From contig CAYNUD010000001.1 of the NCBI GenBank assembly GCA_964400315.1, positions 1 through 41,619 on the forward strand: a stretch of 41,619 nt of DNA, in the 5' to 3' direction. Made by a program: the position numbers and the translations under genes. This document shows, piece after piece, positions 34,670 to 41,619 of this stretch. Source of the stretch: an uncultured Clostridium sp. GTDB lineage: Bacteria > Bacillota > Clostridia > Oscillospirales > Acutalibacteraceae. The notes beneath the pieces are model-generated. The model had not been told where the DNA came from. It searched no databases and was given only the letters and a program-made list of their open reading frames with translations. Numbering within the stretch: position 1 is the first letter of the stretch; each line of letters opens with the position of its first letter.

Positions 34670-35849
34670 ATTTCATATAATCCGCTATTGCTTCGATGTC
34701 GTCCGAACGAATATAGAGTCTCGGCACTCGTTTGTTTATTCCGCAAAGAAGCTCGTAATTTATCATTCCCGTTGCGTTTGCCGCCGCATCGACGGAAAGA
34801 GGGCTTTTAGGGTCATCATCAAAAACAGTCACCGTCATTCCCTCACGCACCCCGTCAACACCCGAAACGTCAAGCATACACTGATCCATGCAAATCCTGC
34901 CGATGACGGGCACGGTAACGCCGTTGACCTTCATAAATGCCTTGCCCGAAAGTGCTCGCGGATAACCGTCGGCATATCCCACGGGAACATTTGCAACGGC
35001 GGTTTCTCCCGTGCCGCTGTAAATTCTTCCGTAGCTTACGGGCGTTCCGTCGGGTATCGTTTTCGTCATTGAAACAACGGTTTTCATTTTCATTGCGGGC
35101 ATCAGTTTTATTTTTCCACTTAATGTCTCGGAAGGCATGAGCCCGTAAAGAATTATTCCGGGTCGCACCAAATCAAGATGCATTTCAGGATACAAAATCG
35201 TTGCGGCCGAATTACAGCAATGGCGGAACGGGAAGGTTATTCCTTCAAATTCAAGACTGCGAATAAGCGTTGTGAAGAGCTCAAATTGGAAGCGTGTAAA
35301 CACCTCGCCATTCTCTTCATCGGCACAGGCAAAATGTGTGAATATGCCCTCGGGATAAAGTCCCGTTAAGCGACAAGCTTCGGCTATTCGGGTTATCGAC
35401 TCGGCATCCTCTACACTGTCACGAAAAGCAAATCCGAGTCTGCTCATGCCGGTATCCGCTTTAATATGAATGCTAACCTGCACTCCGCTCTCCGTTGCTT
35501 TTTCGGAAAGGCGGCGCGCATATTCGCTGTTGAAAACCGCTTGCGAAATATTATTCACCGCAAGGGCGGCGGCGTATTCAGCAGGAGTATAACCGAGAAT
35601 GAGTATCGAACAATCGGCATTTGCACTGCGAACCTGCATAGCTTCTTCGAGATTGGAAACGGCAAACCAACGGCAACCGCATTCGGAAAATTCTCTAACC
35701 GTATTTTCCACTCCGTGCCCGTAGGCATCCGCTTTTACGACCGCCATTATTTCACTGCCCGATGAGAGCTTTTTTTCTATCTCCCGATAATTGTGCCGCA
35801 GGGCATCGAGGCTCACCTCTACCCAAGTCCTTCTGAAGTATTTTTTCAT
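34668..35849 (-). CDS. alr: Alanine racemase
   Basis: AVVKADAYGHG, DTGMSRLG, VSYG, GYADG, GRICMDQ. Confidence 0.96.
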   Translation of the reverse strand: MKKYFRRTWVEVSLDALRHNYREIEKKLSSGSEIMAVVKADAYGHGVENTVREFSECGCRWFAVSNLEEAMQVRSANADCSILILGYTPAEYAAALAVNNISQAVFNSEYARRLSEKATESGVQVSIHIKADTGMSRLGFAFRDSVEDAESITRIAEACRLTGLYPEGIFTHFACADEENGEVFTRFQFELFTTLIRSLEFEGITFPFRHCCNSAATILYPEMHLDLVRPGIILYGLMPSETLSGKIKLMPAMKMKTVVSMTKTIPDGTPVSYGRIYSGTGETAVANVPVGYADGYPRALSGKAFMKVNGVTVPVIGRICMDQCMLDVSGVDGVREGMTVTVFDDDPKSPLSVDAAANATGMINYELLCGINKRVPRLYIRSDDIEAIADYMK

Positions 35850-35860
35850 TTTTTCGCCTT

Positions 35861-36931
35861 TCAAATAATATCGTTAAACTGAACCACCGTGTTATTTTCG
35901 CCCGATTCGAATATTGCCTCAACAAGACGGATAAGCCGGCGCTGTTCATCATGCGTTACCACGGCCGCATTCTCGCCTCTCAAATATTTGAATACATTTT
36001 TATAATATTCGCCCCAATCGGCTTTTTGAACGTCGAGCGGATATTCTTTTATCGTATCGTCGGTTCTCGGCGCCATTGTTTTCGTTATACCGGCACCCGC
36101 AACAATAGGCACTGCATCACGGTTTTCCCAATCGGAAACCATAACCGTTTTACCCTTGCAATCCCAATCTTCTAAAACGCTCGTGCCGTTTTCGCCGAGC
36201 ATATACCAACGTGGCAGAGAAATAAAGTTGCTCGTTGTTACCTCAACATAAAAAGACAGTCCGTCGTCGAAAATCAGCGTTGCCCTGAAGCCGTCGTCGC
36301 AATTCTCGTTTGTTACGTTAGTAAGCTCCGCATATACGGTTTTGAGTTTTCTCGGCAGAGTCATCATAAGCGTTTGGTCAAGCAGATGAATGCCCCAGTC
36401 AAGAACCATTCCGCCGCCGTGTTCCTTTTGATTTCGCCAATCTCCGGGGATGCCTCTCGACCCCTGAACACGGGACTCAATTCTAAACACCTTGCCGAGA
36501 GTGCCCTCGTCAAGCAGTTTTTTCATCGTTAGATAATCCTCGTCCCAACGACGGTTTTGGTGCACCGTAAACAGCTTTTTACATTCTTCGGCACAGGATA
36601 TCATCTCTTCAAGATCCGCCGTGTTGAGCGTAACGGGCTTTTCGCTGATGACATTTTTGCCGTGGCGCATTGCATCAATGGCAATTTCTTTGTGAATATC
36701 ATTCGGAGTTGCGACGGTTACAATGTCGATGCGTTCATCGGACAAAAGCTCTTCACGGCTCGAAAATGCGTGAATGCCGTTCTCCTCCGCCGCCTTTGCA
36801 CGCTCGGAATTTATATCGTAAATACCGATAAGCTGTGCATATTCTCCCATTTCGTTTTTGATTTTTCGGGCATGCCAGCTACCCATACCGCCGTATCCTA
36901 TAACGGCAAACCCGAATTTATTGTTTATCAT
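35861..36931 (-). CDS. Gfo/Idh/MocA family oxidoreductase
   Basis: IGYGGMG, EKP, HQNRRWD, DWGIH. Confidence 0.92.
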   Translation of the reverse strand: MINNKFGFAVIGYGGMGSWHARKIKNEMGEYAQLIGIYDINSERAKAAEENGIHAFSSREELLSDERIDIVTVATPNDIHKEIAIDAMRHGKNVISEKPVTLNTADLEEMISCAEECKKLFTVHQNRRWDEDYLTMKKLLDEGTLGKVFRIESRVQGSRGIPGDWRNQKEHGGGMVLDWGIHLLDQTLMMTLPRKLKTVYAELTNVTNENCDDGFRATLIFDDGLSFYVEVTTSNFISLPRWYMLGENGTSVLEDWDCKGKTVMVSDWENRDAVPIVAGAGITKTMAPRTDDTIKEYPLDVQKADWGEYYKNVFKYLRGENAAVVTHDEQRRLIRLVEAIFESGENNTVVQFNDII

Positions 36932-36960
36932 ATCAATATTCCTTTTCCGAATGCTTTATA

Positions 36961-37926
36961 TCAAACCCACCACATTTCGCCTGAGGATTCCGTAATAAGA
37001 ACATCCTTGAGGAACGAAACGGCCTTTGAAAGTCCCTCGTTCTGACTCATCAGCGAATCCTCATGCTCAATACTTATTGCATAATCGTAGCCGACCATAC
37101 GCAGATTTGAAATTATATCCTTCCAATATGAATAATCGTTACCGTAGCCGACGGAGCGGAATATCCACGAACGGTTGATTTCATCCGCATAAGGCTTTGT
37201 ATCAAGCACACCGTTGACGGCCGTATTGTATTTGTCCATTTTCGTATCCTTTGCATGGAAATGGAAAATGGCATCCCCCATCTTGCGTATGCAGGCAACA
37301 GGGTCCATGCCCTGCCAAATAAGGTGGCTCGGATCAAAGTTTGCGCCGATTTCGGGGCCTACCGCCTCACGAAGTCTGAGAAGCGACTCGGTATTATAAA
37401 CGCAGAAGCCCGGATGCAATTCAAGCGCTATCTTGTTTACTCCGTGAGCCTTTGCAAAAGCGACAAGTTCTTTCCAATACGGAATAAGCACCTTGTTCCA
37501 CTGCCAATCGAGAATCTCACTGAAATCATTGGGCCACGGGCAAACCACCCAATTGGGATATTTGGCATTTTCGCTGTCTCCGGGACAGCCCGAAAACGTG
37601 TTGATTTGATGCAAGCCGAGCTTTTCGGCAAGCAAGATTGTATTTCTTATCGTCTTATCAAATTCCGCGGCAATTTCTCTGTTGGGGTGAACGGGGTTGC
37701 CGTGGCAGGACAGCGCGCTGATTTCCATACCGTACTTTTTGATGAGCGCCTTAAATTCTTCTAACTTTTTCTCATCATTCAAAAGCACCTCGGGGTCGGC
37801 ATGAGCATTTCCGGGGAAGCCGCCGCAGCCTATTTCGACCATTTCGATGCCGAGAGATTTAAAATATTTGAGTGACTCCTCAAGGGAAAGATTTGAAAGA
37901 AGTGTGGTGAAAACTCCGAGCTTCAT
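36961..37926 (-). CDS. Sugar phosphate isomerase/epimerase (AP endonuclease 2 TIM barrel)
   Basis: CHGNP, ELHPG, DPSH, HAKD, IEHED. Confidence 0.9.
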   Translation of the reverse strand: MKLGVFTTLLSNLSLEESLKYFKSLGIEMVEIGCGGFPGNAHADPEVLLNDEKKLEEFKALIKKYGMEISALSCHGNPVHPNREIAAEFDKTIRNTILLAEKLGLHQINTFSGCPGDSENAKYPNWVVCPWPNDFSEILDWQWNKVLIPYWKELVAFAKAHGVNKIALELHPGFCVYNTESLLRLREAVGPEIGANFDPSHLIWQGMDPVACIRKMGDAIFHFHAKDTKMDKYNTAVNGVLDTKPYADEINRSWIFRSVGYGNDYSYWKDIISNLRMVGYDYAISIEHEDSLMSQNEGLSKAVSFLKDVLITESSGEMWWV

Positions 37927-37939
37927 TTTATTTTCCTCC

Positions 37940-39028
37940 TCAGTCGTTGTTAATATATACGGGCTTACCTGTCTGTGCGGATTCGTAGATAGCTTCGAGA
38001 ATCTGTGTTACCACCATTGCCTGCTCGGGCTTTGTTCTCAGGGGCGTGCCGTTGATGACAGAATCGTAAAACGCTCTGCATTCAAGATCCTCGGGCTTAC
38101 TTGACGCACCGTCATAAAATGCAACGCCGCCCGCCTTGAAATCGGGAGTTTCGATAACCTGTCTGCCGTTCTTGACATAGTTCAAGCGAAGTCCGTTTCC
38201 GAGCATATCCGCACCGCCGTTAACGCCGGCAACAAGCGTTACCGCTTCCTTGGGGTCGGCAACATTGAGAGCCCAGCTCGACTCGACGCTGACCGTTGCT
38301 CCGTTTTCCATTACGACAAAGCCGAACGCGGAATCCTCAACCGTGTATTCCTCGGGGTTCCAATCACCCCATGCATTGGCGGTGTTTTTCTGGTCGCCGA
38401 GCTTCTTGTATTTTGTACCGACAACCATTTTCGGTTTATAGTTATCCATCATCCAAAGAGTGAGGTCAAGCGCATGGGTGCCGATATCTATAAGCGGACC
38501 GCCGCCCTGCTCGTATTCGTTAAGGAATACGCCCCATGTGGGAACCGCTCTTCTTCTGAGAGCAACAGCTCTTGCATAATATATCTCGCCGAGCTCGCCG
38601 TTTTCGCAACACTCTTTAAGATAGAGCGAATCGCCTCTCCAGCGTGACTGATAGCCGATAGTAAGAAGCTTACCCGTTCTGACCGAGGCTTCATACATTG
38701 CCTTGGCTTCCGCATATGTTTTAGCCATGGGCTTTTCACACATTACGTGCTTACCTGCTTCAAGAGCATCAATAGTGATGAAGCTGTGCGAACGGTTCGG
38801 AGTACACACATGAACGGTTACAATACTTTCATCTTTCAAAAGCTCTTTGTAATCGGTGTAAACCTTTGCATCCGGAACGCCGTATTTTTCTGCCGCTTCA
38901 ACAGCTCTTTCCTCAATTATATCACAAAAAGCCACAAGCTCAACCTCTTTTACGGTTGAAAGAGCAGGCAAATGCTTTCCGTTTGCAATGCCGCCGCAGC
39001 CGATTATTCCTACTCTGATTTTTTCCAT
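37940..39028 (-). CDS. Gfo/Idh/MocA family oxidoreductase
   Basis: IGCGGIA, CEKP, RRRAVPTWG, DIGTH. Confidence 0.92.
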   Translation of the reverse strand: MEKIRVGIIGCGGIANGKHLPALSTVKEVELVAFCDIIEERAVEAAEKYGVPDAKVYTDYKELLKDESIVTVHVCTPNRSHSFITIDALEAGKHVMCEKPMAKTYAEAKAMYEASVRTGKLLTIGYQSRWRGDSLYLKECCENGELGEIYYARAVALRRRAVPTWGVFLNEYEQGGGPLIDIGTHALDLTLWMMDNYKPKMVVGTKYKKLGDQKNTANAWGDWNPEEYTVEDSAFGFVVMENGATVSVESSWALNVADPKEAVTLVAGVNGGADMLGNGLRLNYVKNGRQVIETPDFKAGGVAFYDGASSKPEDLECRAFYDSVINGTPLRTKPEQAMVVTQILEAIYESAQTGKPVYINND

Positions 39029-39075
39029 ATGTATTCTCCTTTTTCGTTGAAGATTGAACTTCCCTGTTCTCTTTA

Positions 39076-39103
39076 ATTATACTTACCTTTAAAAGTAATG
39101 CAA
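39076..39103 (-). promoter_or_regulatory. Promoter of the Gfo operon with a palindrome in the spacer
   Basis: TTGCAT-16 bp-TATAAT; TTAC-c-TTTAAA-a-GTAA at 39083-39098. Confidence 0.55.
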
Positions 39104-39169
39104 GTTTTTTATCTTTAATTTTTATGTAAATTTTAGTGCCGTTATTTTGTTCAACTTGACGAAAAGCAG

Positions 39170-39198
39170 TTGACCGCCCGTTGAACAAATGATATAAT
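39170..39198 (+). promoter_or_regulatory. cysK promoter
   Basis: TTGACC-17 bp-TATAAT with TGn extension. Confidence 0.7.
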
Positions 39199-39233
39199 AA
39201 TAAAAAACAGATTTTTCATCAGGGGCGAAGAAA

Positions 39234-40178
39234 ATGAAAATATATTCCTGTGCCGCCGAGCTTATCGGCAACACACCGCTTGTCAGCTTCTCAGCATATG
39301 CAAAAGCAATAAATGCAAATGCCGAAATACTTTCAAAGTTAGAATATCTCAATCCCGCCGGAAGCGCAAAGGACAGAGTGGGAAAGGAAATGCTCGATGC
39401 CGCTCTGCGTTCGGGTAAAATAGCAAAAAACTCTCTCATCATCGAGCCCACCAGCGGAAACACGGGCATAGGTATTGCCTCATATGCCGCACAGCTCGGA
39501 ATGCGGGTCATTATCGTTATGCCCGAAACCATGAGCGTTGAAAGAAGAAAACTCATTGCCGCCTATGGCGCCGAATTGGTGCTTACCGACGGCAAAAAAG
39601 GTATGGCAGGTTCAATCGAAAAAGCAACCGAGCTTGCCGAGAAAAACCCGAACAGCTTTATCCCCTCACAGTTTGACAATCCCGACAATTGCCTCGCTCA
39701 TTACAAAACAACCGGGCCCGAAATATGGAACGATACCGACGGAACGGTTGACATTTTTGTTGCGGGAGTCGGAACCGGCGGCACGATAACGGGCACAGGC
39801 AAATTTCTCAAAGAAAAAAATCCTGCCGTTAAAATCGTAGCCGTCGAGCCTGCCGACTCTCCCCTGCTTTCAGAGGGAAAGGCCGGTGCTCACGGCTTGC
39901 AGGGCATAGGCGCAAACTTCGTGCCGAAAATTCTCGATACCGATATTTACGACGAAATAATCACCGTTACCGACGAACAGGCGTACAGTGCGGCAAGGCT
40001 TACGGTGAAAACACAGGGCGTGCTTATCGGAATAAGCTCGGGTGCCGCACTTTATGCGGCAAGCGTGCTTGCAAGCCGTCCCGAAAACGAGGGCAAGCGA
40101 ATAGTCGTTCTTTTGCCCGACAGCGGAGAAAGATATTTGTCAACAAGCCTTTTTGACGAAAGGGGTGAGAACGAATAA
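39234..40178 (+). CDS. cysK: Cysteine synthase A
   Basis: NPAGSAKDR, PTSGNTG, GVGTGGT, HGLQGIG, PDSGERYLS. Confidence 0.96.
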   Translation: MKIYSCAAELIGNTPLVSFSAYAKAINANAEILSKLEYLNPAGSAKDRVGKEMLDAALRSGKIAKNSLIIEPTSGNTGIGIASYAAQLGMRVIIVMPETMSVERRKLIAAYGAELVLTDGKKGMAGSIEKATELAEKNPNSFIPSQFDNPDNCLAHYKTTGPEIWNDTDGTVDIFVAGVGTGGTITGTGKFLKEKNPAVKIVAVEPADSPLLSEGKAGAHGLQGIGANFVPKILDTDIYDEIITVTDEQAYSAARLTVKTQGVLIGISSGAALYAASVLASRPENEGKRIVVLLPDSGERYLSTSLFDERGENE

Positions 40179-41020
40179 TGACAGGAATTATTGATGTCGG
40201 TGGTGGTATGCGCGACGTTTACGGCTGTGGTGTTTTGGACCGCTGTATAGATGAAAAAATCACCTTTGATTACTGTCTCGGCGTTTCCGCAGGTGCGGCA
40301 AACATCGCTTCATACACGGCGGGTCAAAGAGGCAGAAACTACCGCTTCTACACCCAATATGCCTTTCACGCCGACTATATGGGCTTTGACTGCTTCATAA
40401 AGAACGGCAAATTTCTCAACCTCGATTATATTTATTCCACCATCACTAACAGCGACGGCATCGATCCGCTTGATTACGAAAGACTGAACGCTTATCCCGG
40501 AGAAATAAAAACCGTTGCGACAAACGCCCTGACGGGAGAAGCAAAATATTTCGACAAAAGCGATTACGCACCGAACGATTATACCGTTCTCAAGGCAACC
40601 TCCTGCCTCCCCGTGGTATGCAAACCCGTATATATCGAAAAAACGCCCTACTTTGACGGCGGGCTTTCAGACCCTATACCCATAGAAAAAGCCGTTGCCG
40701 ACGGCTGTGACAAAATCGTTGTGATTTTCACAAAGCCGCCCGAGACAAAGCCCTCCGACAGCCGAAACAAGACAGCCGCAAAGCTGCTCAAAATAAAATA
40801 TCCCAAGGCGGCAAAGGCGCTTGAAAAAACGGGTGAAAAGTATCTTTCCTCCCTGAAAACCGTCCTTGAATATGCCTCATCCGACAGGGCACTGATTATC
40901 GCCCCATCCGACTGTTGCGGCGTTAATACGCTTTCCCGCGACAGAGAAAGTCTCGACCGACTGTACCGTATGGGCTATGAGGATGCCGCAAAAATAAAAG
41001 AATTTATCGAAAAAGCATAA
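40178..41020 (+). CDS. Patatin-like phospholipase (DUF6363 type)
   Basis: GGGMR, GVSAG, DGG motifs. Confidence 0.9.
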   Translation: MTGIIDVGGGMRDVYGCGVLDRCIDEKITFDYCLGVSAGAANIASYTAGQRGRNYRFYTQYAFHADYMGFDCFIKNGKFLNLDYIYSTITNSDGIDPLDYERLNAYPGEIKTVATNALTGEAKYFDKSDYAPNDYTVLKATSCLPVVCKPVYIEKTPYFDGGLSDPIPIEKAVADGCDKIVVIFTKPPETKPSDSRNKTAAKLLKIKYPKAAKALEKTGEKYLSSLKTVLEYASSDRALIIAPSDCCGVNTLSRDRESLDRLYRMGYEDAAKIKEFIEKA

Positions 41021-41032
41021 AGGATAATATAT

Positions 41033-41619
41033 ATGTCTCAAACCTCCAACATTAAAAGCAATCCGAATGCATGCCCTCTTGCCAAAAAATGCGGCGGCTG
41101 TCAGCTTCAAAATATGACATACGAAAGACAGCTTCGCTGGAAGCAGGCGAGGTGTGAAATTCTGCTCAAAAGATTCTGCAAAGTCGATAAAATTATCGGC
41201 ACGGACGAGCCTTATCACTACCGCAATAAGGTTCAGGCGGCGTTTGGCAGAACGAAAAACGGTAAAATCATTTCGGGCGTTTATCAGTCGGGCACTCATC
41301 GAATTGTCTCGGTTGACGAATGTATGACCGAGGATATAACCGCCGATAAAATAATAGTCGATATCAGAAATATGCTTCCGAAATTCGGCATTTGGGTCTA
41401 CGACGAGGACAAAAGAACGGGATTTTTACGCCATGTTCTTGTGAAAAGAGGCTTCGCAAGCGGTGAAGTTATGGTCGTGCTTGTCGGTGCAAGCGCATAT
41501 TTTCCGATGAAAAAGAAATTCACTTACGCCCTGCTCGAAAAACATCCCGAAATAACCACGGTGGTGCTGAACATAAATCCCAAAGACACAAATCTTGTAC
41601 TCGGCGACAGGGAAGAAGT
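41033..41619 (+). CDS. rlmD: 23S rRNA (uracil-C5)-methyltransferase, 5' part, truncated by window end
   Basis: Own translation: CPLAKKCGGCQLQNMTYERQL...YRNK...GFLRHVLVK; not in the ORF track because it runs off the end. Confidence 0.88.
   Translation, partial: MSQTSNIKSNPNACPLAKKCGGCQLQNMTYERQLRWKQARCEILLKRFCKVDKIIGTDEPYHYRNKVQAAFGRTKNGKIISGVYQSGTHRIVSVDECMTEDITADKIIVDIRNMLPKFGIWVYDEDKRTGFLRHVLVKRGFASGEVMVVLVGASAYFPMKKKFTYALLEKHPEITTVVLNINPKDTNLVLGDREE

Overview
Bases ~1-22225 are the right-hand part of a temperate, HK97-like siphovirus prophage in a Clostridia-type genome (Oscillospiraceae/Ruminococcaceae-like, inferred from gene style and intergenic palindromes). The minus strand runs cro-side early genes, an HUH-type replication initiator, a late activator, HNH-terS-terL, portal, protease, capsid and tail genes. 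The plus strand carries cI, a moron island (membrane protein, KilA-N remnant, NYN nuclease with a structured leader RNA) and a tyrosine integrase. The prophage ends at the displaced 3' half of tRNA-Arg(CCG). Lysis genes and the other att site are not in the window. Bases 22.5-41.6 kb are host genes: YibE/F-aldolase-iolC-phosphoesterase, MarR plus a heterodimeric ABC exporter, a DD-carboxypeptidase, a GNAT, alr, a Gfo/Idh/MocA-TIM barrel-Gfo cluster, cysK, patatin and a partial rlmD. The two best novelty candidates are (1) a promoter, folded ~95-nt RNA and NYN ribonuclease cassette laid out like an RNA-antitoxin defence system, and (2) two unannotated small hydrophobic peptides between the lytic promoter and cro, with long-range mRNA pairing and an antisense promoter. 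All family assignments come from reading motifs by eye; no database search was run.
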